In this document: one piece after another, positions 1 to 13,400 of the stretch
Layout: every line of letters starts with the position of its first letter
Position numbering within the stretch: the stretch's first letter is position 1
Assembly (NCBI GenBank): GCA_964016885.1
Contig: OZ024749.1
Span: 27,094,001 to 27,158,000, forward strand
Direction: 5' to 3'
Origin: Eledone cirrhosa
Taxonomy: Eukaryota
Length of the DNA stretch: 64,000 nucleotides
Program-made: the position numbers and the translations under genes
Notes under the pieces: model-generated
Database searches by the model: none
Told to the model about the DNA's origin: nothing
The model's input: only the letters and a program-made list of their open reading frames with translations

Positions 1-163
<163 letters not shown>

Positions 164-172
164 GTGTGTGTG

Positions 173-505
173 TGGAGGCATATGGGTTAGTGGTTAGAGC
201 ATTGGCCTTGCAATCGAAAGGTTGTGAGTTCAACTCTCGGACCGGGTGATGTGTTGTTTCCTTGAGCAAGAGACTTTATTTCACATTGCTCCAGTTTACT
301 CAGCTGTAGAAATGAGATGGTAGGGACTGAGGTCCATATCATTCCACTGGAAAGTGGTCGTGGAGGTGCCATAGCAAAAAAGCACCCAACACTCACTGTA
401 AATGAGGTTGGTGTTAGGAAGGGCATCCAGCTGTAGAAATCAAGCCAGAATCAGTTTCCGTCCCACCCTTGCAAGCAGGGATAAGCGGACGTAAAATGAT
501 GATGA

Positions 506-507
<2 letters not shown>
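173..507 (+). mobile_element. tRNA-derived SINE with RTE-derived 3' tail (family 1)
   Basis: A box TGGGTTAGTGG, B box GAGTTCAACTC; tail gttggtgttaggaagggcatccagctgtagaaa...(GAT)n shared with the RTE 3'UTR. Confidence 0.85.
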
Positions 508-540
<33 letters not shown>

Positions 541-837
541 AGTATGCATAAGTACATACATATAAACACACACACACGTGTGTACGTATGCATACTTACA
601 TTTATGTAACAGCTGTGCTAGGGCGAGAAATAACATTCTAATTTCATACATACACATATATATATATACATACAGGATGAGCATAAAGTGTTTCCCTGAT
701 TATAAAATGTTTTACATTTTCTCTTCTTCAGAAAGTAGTTATAATTTTCAGTAACAAAACAGCATCATTGAAACAAAAGGCTCAGTGTGTTTTGTGGTTT
801 CAAAGACTTCAGGCTCACCCTATGTATATATATATAT

Positions 838-1125
838 CATCATCATCACCGTTTTACGTTCGTTCTTCCACGCTACCATGGGTTAGATGGGTTGTCCTGT
901 AGTGGGCAGTGTCCGGTCGGCTGACCTTGTCTTGCTCATATGGGAACTGATTCTGGCTTGATTTCTACAGCTGGATGCCCTTCCTAACACCAACCTCACT
1001 TACAGTGAGTGCTGGGTGCTTTTTTTCCGTGGCGCCTACACGTCCACTTTACAGTGTGGGCTGGGTGCTTTTTTGCCATAGCACCTCCACAACCACTTTG
1101 CAGTGGGAGGGTGTGGGGACATATT
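838..1125 (-). mobile_element. SINE family 1 / RTE tail, partial
   Basis: Homologous to the 3' part of 173-507; further tail fragments at ~1610-1760(-), 2028-2150(-), 2215-2410(+) and 11126-11330(-). Confidence 0.75.
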
Positions 1126-1758
1126 GTCTATATATATATATATATATATATATACAAGGTGAGCATAACTAACTGTTGAAACGGTAAGAGTTCAGCCGTA
1201 AGGTCCCAACTCTTTATAATATAGCCATACTCTACTATGCTAAGTATCGAGTACTCTGTCGAGTAATGGTTTAACCCTTTAGCATTTACATTACTATATA
1301 TATATATATATACCAGACCCATGCTAGCGTGGAAGATGGACGTTAAACGATGATGATGATGATGATATTATTGTAGTTTCATTGTAAAGGCTTTACCTCA
1401 CATGATATTCTCACATGATATCGAATCTATGAAATTTTGATATTATTTATTTTGAGAACAATACCTTAACATCAGTATAAGCAGCCAGTTACAGCCAGTT
1501 TGAATAGAGAGAGGTGAGAGAATTGTGGCCGGATACAGCCGGTTTAAATGCTAAAGTGTTAACCACTTTCAAACTGATTCTATTCTGATTTACATCTATA
1601 TATATATATATCATCATCATCGTTTAACGTCTGTCTTCCACGCTAGCATGGGTTTAGACGGAATTGTCCCACTTGAGGCAAGATTGGTCGTCTTGCTCGT
1701 ATGGGACTATCTGGCAGGCTTTCTACGGCTGGACACCCTTCCTAACACCAACCACATT

Positions 1759-1790
<32 letters not shown>

Positions 1791-1792
<2 letters not shown>

Positions 1793-1997
1793 AACGAGTA
1801 GGACCCCGACGGCTGAGCTCAAGCCGTTTCGACGGCTAATTCTTTTTTTTTTTTTTTTTTAGTCCAGAATTAGCCGTCGAAACGGCTTGAGCTCAGCCGT
1901 CGGGGTCCTACTCGTTCCTATTACCCACTCTACTACCCTAAGTATTGAGTACTTTGGTGCGTTATGGTCCACCTGGTTCCTTACCACATTTCCTTCG

Positions 1998-1998
<1 letters not shown>
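1791..1998. repeat. Palindromic ~200-bp element inserted in (TA)n (probable Penelope pLTR fold-back fragment)
   Basis: ggaacgagtaggaccccgacggctgagctcaagccgtttcgacggctaattct and its reverse complement; further copies at 5428-5626, 5731-5841 and 5951-6148. Confidence 0.75.
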
Positions 1999-2031
<33 letters not shown>

Positions 2032-2599
2032 TCATCATCATCATCATCGTTTAACGTCCATCTTCTATGCTAGCATGGGTTAGATGGGAGTTGTCCCACT
2101 TGAGGCAAGGTTAGTCGGGTGACCATGTCTCGCTCATATAGGACTATCTGGCAAGTTGTCGTCTACATCATTATCATCCTCATCTCCACTGTAAAGTTGT
2201 AGGGTAGGCGTCACGACAAAAAGCACCCAGTACTCACTGTAAATGAGGTTGGCGTTAGGAAGGGCATTCAGCTGTAGAAACGAAGCCAAAATCAGTTCTG
2301 TAGGAGCAAGACATGGTCACCTGACCTAGCATTGGCCACAACAGGACAACTTGTCTAACCCATGCTAATGTGAAAAATGGACGTAAAACGGTGATGATGA
2401 TGATGATGATCTTCCATTTCCCATGCCAGCAACGGTTGGATATGTCGTCACTGAATGGTCAGTACTCAAACAGAGCCACTGACCTCCAGGTGGGCTGGGT
2501 ACCCCTGACATACGATCCCAGATCCCACACTCTGCCAAGTACACTAGGAAGGTTGTCATGTTTTTGACACAGCTAAAGAGTCCTCCTTAACTTTTGTTT

Positions 2600-3520
2600 G
2601 GCAGTGGTGATGATGATGATAATTATGATGATGAGGATAATTATGATGATGATGATGATGATGATGATGATGTTAATGATTATGATGATGATGATGATAG
2701 TGGCATAGTTGGTGATGGAGATGATAATGATGATGATGATGATGATGATGATGATGGTGCTGGCAGTGGTGATGGAGATGATGACGATAATGGTGGTGGT
2801 AGTGATGATAATATTAATGATGATGATGATGCTGGGGGAGGGTGATGGAGATGATGATGAATCTGAGTGTCAGCTCTTAACAGCTATTAAGCCCTGACTG
2901 GAGGTGATAAATGATTTTACTGTTTGATAGAAAACAGTTGCATGGTGGTGGTGGTGGTGGTGGTGGTGGTGGTGGTGCTTGTGGTGGTGGTGGTGGTGCT
3001 GGTGGTGCTTGTGGTGGTGGTGGTGGTGGTGGTGGTGGTGGTGGTGGTGGTGCTTGTGGTAGCAATGGTAGTGATGGTGGTGGTGGTGGTGGTGATGGTG
3101 GTGTTTGTGGTGGTGGAGTTGGTGCTGGTGTGAAGGGGATCACTCATCAAGCTAAGCCTCATGCCTGCTCTATGTAACATCATCATCATCTTCACCATCA
3201 TCATCATTGTCACCAAAACCATAATTACCATCATCATCATCATCATCATCACCACCTCTACCATCACCAACATCACCATCATCATCACCATCACCATCAC
3301 CACTGTCACCATCACCATCATCATTATCATCACCATCATCATCATTAATATCACCTCTATCATCATCATCACCACCACCACCACCACCACCATCATCATC
3401 ATCATTACCATTATCATTTCATCACTGTTACCAAAAGCATAATTCCCATATACACCACCTCCACCATCACCAACATAACCGTCATCAGTATCACCATCAT
3501 CATCATCATTATCATCATTT
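2600..3520. repeat. Compound trinucleotide microsatellites (GAT)n/(GGT)n/(CAT,CAC)n
   Basis: Direct reading; a similar block lies at 34718-34940. Confidence 0.9.
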
Positions 3521-3784
3521 TACTCAGGTTACCTAGCAACATGGTATCATCAGCAGGCAATTATTTTAGAGTTTAATCTGGCTGACTTGGAGTTATAGAA
3601 GACAGGGCCATGCTGGAGTTTCATCTAGCTGACTTGATATTATATAGGAGAGACTATGCTGGAGTTTCATCTACCTGACATGGTATTATAGAGGACAGGC
3701 CATGCTGGAGCTTAATCTAGCTGACTCAATAGTATACAGGACAGGCCTTGGTTTGTGATACAAAGCTGTTTGCTTAAAAGTGTT

Positions 3785-3819
<35 letters not shown>

Positions 3820-4076
3820 TCATCATCATCATCATCATCTTCATTTAACGTCCATCTTCCAAGTTAAATGAAGATGATGATGATGTATAATCATTATCAT
3901 CATCAACCTATGCAAACATGGAAAAGCAGGCGTAAAAACGATGATGATGATAATACATACACATATATATATTTGAGTGGGCCATGGTATCCAAATCCTG
4001 ATTTGAAAGACTTCGCTAGGTAGTGCTGTTAAGTTAGACATGGCCTGGGCCAATACTGGCCGAAAGTTATCAAAGT

Positions 4077-4143
<67 letters not shown>

Positions 4144-4364
4144 AGGGCAGGTTGAAATGTTCATAGACTGACTATAAAGGAGTGATGTTAGAGTTGTGAA
4201 ATTTTGCATCTATTAATTTCAACTCTTCTTATTAACAACTGTATTGTTTCTTTCCAAATACATCAAAATATTGCACCATAAGTTTATCTAAGAATCTTTG
4301 TTAAGTTATGTTCTAAACACCAACTCAACAATAAGAAAGTTAGTTATATTACTGAAGCTGCCGA

Positions 4365-4740
4365 AATGGGATACCTCTGAAAGGTCTTTGGAGTAACGTT
4401 ATTCGATAAAGTGTGTAAGCTCGGAGATCAGAGAGTCACTCCAGGTAGAGCTGCTACTTCTCCGAATTGAGAGCTCACAGCTCCGATACTATGGGCATGT
4501 GGTTAGAATGTCTCAAGAAAGAATCGCTGGACAGATTTTATGGGCAAAACCCATGGGTAGACCCTGAGCAAGATAGTTGGATAGTTGGATAACATCCTTG
4601 GATAACATCCTTGAGCTCGGCTGGTCTCATTTGGGGATCCAGCCAGATCAGTTGGAGTTGGTTGCTTCTGACAGGACCCACTGGAAGGAATGTTTGAGGA
4701 TTCTGCTCCCATGACCCCCTGAAGAATAAGTGGGCAAAGA
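4365..4740 (+). mobile_element. Decayed RTE-type LINE 3' fragment
   Basis: LLLRIESSQLRYYGHVVRMSQER motif. Confidence 0.6.
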
Positions 4741-5201
4741 AGTTATATTAGTAAATCCCTCCAAATGAGGCAACGGTATATATAGTGAAGAGCAGGGGCC
4801 AGAAACCATCTATAAGGATTGGCTGAAAAGTTCATAGTCTGACCAAGATACTCTCATGGAATGACCACATGAGGTTTATTTTTCAACATAGTCACTGGAA
4901 AGAAACAATGCAGTTATTAATAAGAAGAGTTGAAAGTAATGCATGCAAGATTTCCTAGCTCTAGCATCACTCTTTTATAGTCAACCTGTGAACATTTCAA
5001 CCTGCCCCAGTTTTTTTCCCTTTCAGGTAGACCCCCTCCATCATCCACTTTTCTAAAAAAGTATATCATACACAAAACGCCAGCATCAACAGTTTTCCGA
5101 AAGATGGCAACATGAATGGACCTGTTATTTTACTCTAAAAACATTTCTTCTGATTCCGCCCTGCCATCCCTTCAATCTTTCTAATTTCTCATTCTTTCTT
5201 T

Positions 5202-5237
5202 TCTTTTGATGAAGGACTAGCGTCCGAAACGTTAAGA
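5202..5237 (+). ncRNA. Minimal hammerhead-like motif with C3-to-U change
   Basis: TCTT-TTGATGA-A-GGAC(TAGC)GTCC-GAAAC-GTT-AAGA; palindromic AACGTT, Penelope-type layout. Confidence 0.6.
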
Positions 5238-5389
5238 CCCTCTTCCTGCTATTTCCAGCATTAAACTACTATATTCCTTCCATATACTGTACCATCTGTG
5301 TTGTTATTTCTGTTTACCTTTTACATACATAATATATATAATATATCTATACATGTTTAAAATTAAAAACCCTGTAGGATGTGTGGCCA

Positions 5390-5427
<38 letters not shown>

Positions 5428-5434
<7 letters not shown>

Positions 5435-5622
5435 GGAGGAAATGTGGTAAGGAACCAGGTGGACCATAACGCACCAAAGTACTCAATACTTAGGGTAGTA
5501 GAGTGGGTAATAGGAACGAGTAGGACCCCGACGGCTGAGCTCAAGCCGTTTCGACGGCTAATTCTGAGTCCAGAATTAGCCGTTGAAACGGCTTGAGCTC
5601 AGCCGTCGGGGTCCTACTCGTT

Positions 5623-5678
<56 letters not shown>

Positions 5679-5837
5679 GATAAATCTACCAAGAGTTTAC
5701 GGTAGTGTCCAATCCTATATATATATATATATAGGAACCAGTAAGACCCCGACAGCTGAGCTCAAGCCGTTTCGACGGCTAATTCTGGACTTAGTCCAGA
5801 ATTAGCCGTCGAAACGGCTTGAGCTCAGCTACTCGTT

Positions 5838-5895
<58 letters not shown>

Positions 5896-6148
5896 GATAA
5901 ATCTACCAAGAGTTTACGGTAGTGTCCAATCCTATATATATATATATATAGGAACCAGTAAGACCCCGACAACTGAGCTCAAGCCGTTTCGACGGCTAAT
6001 TCTGGACTTAGTCCAGAATTAGCCGTCGAAACGGCTTGAGCTCAGCTGTCGGGGTCTTACTGGTTCCTATTACCCACTCTACTACCTCAAGTATTGAGTA
6101 CTTTGGTGCGTTATGGTCCACCTGGTTCCTTACCACATTTCCTTCGTT
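5428..6148. repeat. Cluster of three palindromic elements plus two 40-bp stubs of the 37788 element end
   Basis: ~55-60-bp-arm hairpins; gtagataaatctaccaagagtttacggtagtgtccaatcc at ~5676 and ~5893. Confidence 0.8.
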
Positions 6149-6153
6149 ATATA

Positions 6154-6189
<36 letters not shown>

Positions 6190-6200
6190 GGAGAGGGGGT

Positions 6201-6402
6201 TCAAATAAGTTCTGGTACATCTGGGTTGTCCACAAAATCTTCAGAGTTCTCCCTGTCTCCATACATCAGAGACCATTTCTTAATCACACCGTTCCCACCT
6301 CTCACACTGGCAACATCCGGCTCTCGTTTATTCTCATCAACTATGTTACAGTAATCAACTTTTGTTAGGTTTTCACCAACTTCCAGCCGCTCGGTCCGTG
6401 AC
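6201..6402 (-). CDS. DNAAF11: DNAAF11 terminal coding exon (SRTERLEV...[13 protein letters not shown])
   Basis: tttgtttcatacag|GTCACG...ATTTGA; matches the LRRC6 C-terminus pattern E.LEV...NIV...F.DNP.VP.LI*. Confidence 0.92.
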
Positions 6403-7862
6403 CTGTATGAAACAAAACACAACATATTGGAAAAGAAACAAAAAACAAATGTAATAATTGTTTCTACTTTTGGCACAAGGCCAGCAATTACTGGTACTTT
6501 ATTTTATCGACCCCGTAAGGATGAAAGGCAAAGTTGACCTCGGCGGGATTTGAACTCAGAATGGAAAGGGCCGTAATTCTATACGTCAAAGCATGACGTC
6601 CGACCCTCTACCGATACTGCCAATCCACCGCCATCATGTAATAAAGTACCAGTAATGCACTGGGTAATTTCTGGCCTTGTGCCTAAAGTAGAAACAATTA
6701 AGTAATAATGGTTTCTGATTTAGACACAAGGCCAGGAATATGGGCAGGGGGGAGGGGGCGGCGGTTGATTAAATCAACCCCGGTGCATTACTGGTACTTT
6801 GGTTTATCAAACTCGTTAGGATGAAAGGCAAAGCTAACCCCAGCAGGATTTGAACTCAGAACGTAAAGGGCCATAACTCTGTGTCGCAAAGCATACTGTC
6901 TGACGCTCTACTGATACTGTCAATCCACTGCCCTTATAATAATAATAATAATAATAATTGTTTCTACTTATGGCACAAGGCCACCAATTACCCAGTGCAT
7001 TACTGGTACTTTATTTTATCAACCCCATAATAATAATAATAATTGTTTCCACTTTTGGCACAAGGCCAGCAATTACCCAGTACATTACTGGTACTTTATT
7101 TTATCGACCCCGTAAGGATGAAAGGCAAAGTTAACCTCAGCGGGATTTGAACTCAGAATGGCAAGGGCCGTAACTCTATGCTGCAAAGCATGGCATCCAA
7201 CCCTCTACTGATTCTACCATTTCAAATAATAATAATAATAATAATACACAAGGTTAGAATGTAAGTTTAAGTCAATCGACATAATACAAGGTTTATTTTT
7301 GCCATATAATATTAAGAAAAACCGCCTTAACTTTGAAAATGACGAAACTTGAAACGATGTAAGCCAACATATACCTATATTACTGTCCAAGACCACAAAG
7401 AAAGAAATGTTTTCTAATTGATATATCTATTTCCACAGATGATAATATATCTATCAAGGAAATGGAAAAATTAACCAAATATAAAGATCTAGAGTTAGAA
7501 ATAACCCAAATGTAGATGATGAAAACAGAAACAACCCCTAAAATAATATGTGCTATGGTAATGATAAAAAACAACATTGCTCGAAATCATTATTACCGTT
7601 CATTGTTTGGTTTCAAATCCTGGGTTTTCTTCTGTCCTGGGACTTTTCTGCTTGTTCGCTGGATAATTGGCTTCATCTGAAGTGGAGATATTTAGATTTT
7701 AGATTACCATAGCTACAAGATGTTGGTGTTAAACACCCACCCAGGGTGTCTTGGGATGTTTGTTGTTGGTGTTGTGTTTGTTGTTGTTGGTGGTGGTGGT
7801 GGTGTTGATCTTGTTGATATTGTGTGATTAAGGAGCTACATGGATTCTGTTTGTAAACCAGG

Positions 7863-7932
<70 letters not shown>

Positions 7933-8929
7933 CTGAGTTTTTCAAATATTAATAACTAGCAGATTTACCCGACATTGCCCGGGGTTTGAAATGCAACAAA
8001 GAATAAACAAGAAACAAATGATAATATTAGTGATTTATCTTCAAATGAATCTGATGTTTATATTTTTGTCAATAAAGTTGGTTATCTCCCTTACATCAAT
8101 TTTGCTACCGATAATTTTATCGATTTTTTATTGCTCAACGTGGGTCGATTGGACCATCTTAGCGACCTGTGCAACGTGCACAGAAAATTTGGTCAAATTC
8201 GGTTGGTAATTGTAAAAGCCTTAGGTATCCAAAGTTGTACACAGACACACACACATCCTCGCTTTTATATATATAAAGATTGTTTCTACTTTTGGCACAA
8301 GGCCAGCAATTACCCAGTGTATTACTGGTACTTTATTTTATCGACCCATAAGGATAAAAAGCAAAGTTAACCTCGGCGGGATTTGAACTCAAAATGGCAA
8401 GGGCCGTAACTCTATGCGTCAAAGCATGGCGTCTGACCCTCTACCGATACCGCCAATCCATAATATTTGATTTGTTTGCAATTATGCAAACAGCCTCTTT
8501 TTTTTTAAAGCCATGTCAGTAGAATGAGCTCCTCATTCTTGCTCTTGAGTTGGCATGTAAACAGAACTGCAGACACTAATGTTTCTTGGCGATTGCCCTT
8601 CATCAGTGCAGTTCACTGTTCACCTGCCAACTGTCAGAGCTAGTGAAAATATATGATATTTTCTAAAATATAGTGACTGATCGGCCTGATTTGCATATTA
8701 GCAGACTGGCCAATCAGTCAGATCTGCATATTAGTAGATCCACTGATCAGCCAGATTTGCATATCAGCAGATAGGCCAGTAAGTTTCAGGTATATGAGCA
8801 ATTAATGGCCGGCTTTGCATTTTCAAATAAATAACAAAAAGTTATCGCTCTACATGGCTGAACACAATAAATGTAATCTGAGTTTTTCGAATATTAATAA
8901 TAATATTCGATTTGTTTGCAATTATGCAA

Positions 8930-9003
<74 letters not shown>

Positions 9004-9606
9004 GGTGCCCCCAAAAACGTATACACACTTCAACAGCATTCTAATAAATATTGTCTGTACAGGTAATCAAAGTGTGTATACATTTTGGGATCACGCTGTG
9101 TGTGTATGTATATATATATATATATTGCAAGCAGGGAAAAGCAGACGTAAAATGATGATGATGATATATATAGCTCTGATTTGTGTTTCAACCAGATCCA
9201 TTTCATCTTTGACAGCAAGGGATGGTTGGGTTGACTACATGTCAAACAGCCTGTGGTACGTACTTACAGCTAAGTGGACTGGACTATTGTAACAGTACAG
9301 TGAACTGTACCACACTGTGGTACCTAATTACAGCTAGGTAGACAGGGTCATGGACACAATACAGTGAATTGTAATACACAACAGAAATATACCAAACTTA
9401 CCTTTGGCATTGTAATGAGAAGATGACCTGTGGTCTGTGACCTTTTGGCTGTACTTTGGTCTGGACTGACCTCTTCATTCAAACTCAGTTGAAAGATCTG
9501 ATTGAAGAAAAGAGTTGCTGTTATAAGGAAGACCCCGTTTGTTCTGGGATAGGAGGAGGAGAAATAAGTATAATGTATGACAAAGGCTGTGACATTTGAC
9601 AGGAAG

Positions 9607-9669
<63 letters not shown>

Positions 9670-10414
9670 AAGGTGCAGGGCTGAGTGGTTAGAGAATTGG
9701 ATTCGCAAACAAGAGGTTGTGAGTTCGATTCCCGGACCAAGCGATTCATTATGTCCTTTAACAAGTCACCTTATTTCATGTTGCTCCTTCTACCTGGATT
9801 TGGAAAGACCAATGGAAACATTGTTTCCTCGGTCCAATTTGATGAAAGTCAATCAAACTTTAAAAAAGAAATATATATTTATATAATGGACTCCCCCATC
9901 GATTTTGACGTATGAGGATCCAAACAAACTATTCAGTTCATTCAGTTTGGGTGTCTATGTTGGGCATGACATTTTAGGATTTGCAAGCAAGTCAACAGAT
10001 TGTGCAAGCAAACAGCCTTATTATGCTATGTGTTATAGATTACTATCATCACATGGCTTAGTGGTTAGAACATTGGCCTTGCAATCGAAAGGTTGTGAGT
10101 TCAATTCTCAGACCGGGTGATGTGTTGTGTCCTTGAGCAAGACACTTTATTTCACATTGCTCCATTTTACTCAGCTGTAGAAATGAGATGATAGGACTGG
10201 GGTCCCTATCATTCAACTGCAAAGTGGTCGTGGAGGTGCCACGGCAAAAAAGCACCCAGCTCACACTGTAAAGTGGACGTGTAGGCACCATGGAAAAAAA
10301 GCACCCAGCACTCACTCTAAATGAGGTTGATGTTAGGAAGGGCATCCAGCTGTAGAAATCAAACTAGAATCAGTTCCCGTCCCACCCTTGCAAGCAGGGA
10401 AAAGCGGACGTAAA

Positions 10415-10447
<33 letters not shown>

Positions 10448-13400
10448 CTTTTGTTCTAGTGGTGAGAGAGAGAAACAATTGTTTCTCTCTGTCACCGCCG
10501 GTATTCGCAGTCCTGGTTATTCATGAAATTTTCCTTAGAACCTAACTAATAATTGTTCATGGAAACCACTACATATTTGGGGAATCATAAATATTTGCGT
10601 GATTTTTTAATGCCTTTTTTCATGGCAATATATATTTTTTCATGCTTTTTAACACTAAATTATTAATAACAATATGCCGTATTTTCCAGCCTATATTTTA
10701 CATTATGTTTTGATATTTATAGGCATTTTTATGGACCACATCCAATATTGGCAGTTTTTCATTCTTCGACGGACCTCTAGGAACGTAACCCCTGTGAGGG
10801 ACAACTGTATTATTATTATTGAATATAAAACTCACAAATGCATTTACATATCTGCTATGTTAGAGTGAAAACTAATAAAAATATAATCCAGCTGCTTACC
10901 TTTCCCTTGATTGTAGCTCGGACATAAAGTGGTTGGACATCAACATCAATTAACTGAGGGTCTAGAAACCTACACAGAAAATATACAGAACTCTGTTTAA
11001 TGTACAGTATCCACTCTGGCTGGCAAAATCTCATTTATAAGATAAGATTTTTGTAAATTCATTCAGTGAGTGGATGGCAGCTAGGCTAAATGTAATCTAA
11101 GTGTATAGCTTATTATACATAATTATATCATCATCATCATCATCATTTAACGTCCATCTTCCACGCTTGCATGGGTTTGGATGGGAGTTTTCCCACTTGA
11201 GGCAAGAGTGGTTGTCTTGCTCGCATAGGACTGTCAGGCGGGTTTTCTACGGCTGGATGCCCTTCCTAACACCAACCACGTTTACAGTGTGGACTGGGAG
11301 GTTTTTACCGTGTTACCTACACGGTTACATTACATATATATATATAATTTATATGAGAGTTGACCTCAGAGGAGAGGTCAAAGGACGGTGATGAATGGAG
11401 AGATGGTGTGCTGAAAAGGACCTGTCCCACCCTTGCAAGCAAGGAAAATCGGACGTAAAATGATGATGATAATGATACACACACACACATATATATGTAA
11501 ATATATATATAAACACAAGAAGTGTAAGTCAACAGGTTAAAATTAACTTTGTTTATTCATATTTGCTGTTATATATTTTGTTTTTAAATTATTCCGGAGT
11601 AAACAGACCCACCTGCGCACTACATCACGTGCTCTACCCCGCATACTGAAGTGTTCGTTATTAACCAACACACACACATATACATAGACACAGCCATGGT
11701 GGAGGGGGGAAGAGGGGAAAGAAGATGAAGAAGAAGAAGATGTCTACTTACTTGTAACAGGCCAGGTCAAGGATGTATGTATTGTCTTCTCTTTGGTCCT
11801 TTAATGTGAAGTTGATCCTGTGTAGGAAAGGAGAGAGAGAGATAAAGTAGTGGGGAGAGAGATATGACCACTGACGCTGCACAACAAACACCACCACCAC
11901 CAACAACAGCAACATCACTACCACTGCACAATAAACACCACCACCAACAACAGCAACATCACTACCACTGCACAATAAACACCACCACCAACAACAACAG
12001 CAACATCACTACCACTGCACAACAAATACCACCACCAACAACAACAACAACATCACTACCACTGCACAATAAACACCACCACCAACAACAACAGCAACAT
12101 CACTACCACTGCACAATAAACACCACCACCACCAACAACAACAACATCACTACCACTGCACAATAAACACCACCACCAACAACAGCAACATCACTACCAC
12201 TGCACAACAAATACCACCACCAACAACCACAGCAACATCACTACCACTGCACAACAAACACCACCACCAACAACCACAGCAACATCACTACCACTGCACA
12301 ACAAACACCACCACCAACAACCACAGCAACATCACTACCACTGCACAACAAACACCACCACCAACAACCACAGCAACATCACTACCACTGCACAACAAAT
12401 ACCACCACCAACAACCACAGCAACATCACTACCACTGCACAACAAACACCACCACCAACAACCACAGCAACATCACTACCACTGCACAACAAACACCACC
12501 ACCAACAACAACAGCAACATCACTACCACTGCACAACAAACACCACCACCAACAACAACAACAACATCACTACCACTGCACAACAAACACCACCACCAAC
12601 AACCACAGCAACATCACTACCACTGCACAACAAACACCACCACCAACAACAACAACAACATCACTACCACTGCACAACAAACACCACCACCAACAACCAC
12701 AGCAACATCACTACCACTGCACAATAAACACCACCACCAACAACCACAGCAACATCACTACCACTGCACAACAAACACCACCACCAACAACCACAGCAAC
12801 ATCACTACCACTGCACAACAAACACCACCACCAACAACCACAGCAACATCACTACCACTGCACAACAAACACCACCACCAACAACCACAGCAACATCACT
12901 ACCACTGCACAACAAACACCACCACCAACAACCACAGCAACATCACTACCACTGCACAACAAACACCACCACCAACAACAACAACAACATCACTACCACT
13001 GCACAACAAACACCACCACCACCAACAACAGCAACATCACTACCACTGCACAACAAACACCACCACCAACAACCACAGCAACATCACTACCACTGCACAA
13101 TAAACACCACCACCAACAACCACAGCAACATCACTACCACTGCACAACAAACACCACCACCAACAACCACAGCAACATCACTACCACTGCACAACAAACA
13201 CCACCACCAACAACAACAGCAACATCACTACCACTGCACAACAAACACCACCACCAACAACCACAGCAACATCACTACCACTGCACAACAAACACCACCA
13301 CAAACAACCACAGCAACATCACTACCACTGCACAACAAACACCACCACCAACAACCACAGCAACATCACTACCACTGCACAACAAACACCACCACCAACA

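Noticed and set aside
173-250. tRNA gene (Cys-like anticodon region)
   Set aside because: The A/B boxes continue into a multi-copy SINE body and RTE tail, and no convincing acceptor stem is present; this is a SINE head.
2594-3442. Asp-, Gly-, Pro- or Thr-rich ORFs
   Set aside because: Trinucleotide microsatellites with no supporting splice structure or homology.
7677-7846. His/Gln-rich alternative extension of the 7597-7676 exon
   Set aside because: Weak acceptor, microsatellite content, and a stop at 7673-7675 that would remove the conserved C-terminus.
9498-9543. Upstream AG acceptor (cctatcccag) for the IFQL exon
   Set aside because: It adds 46 nt and is out of phase with the preceding phase-0 donor; the 9497 acceptor restores the conserved IKGK-IFQL junction.
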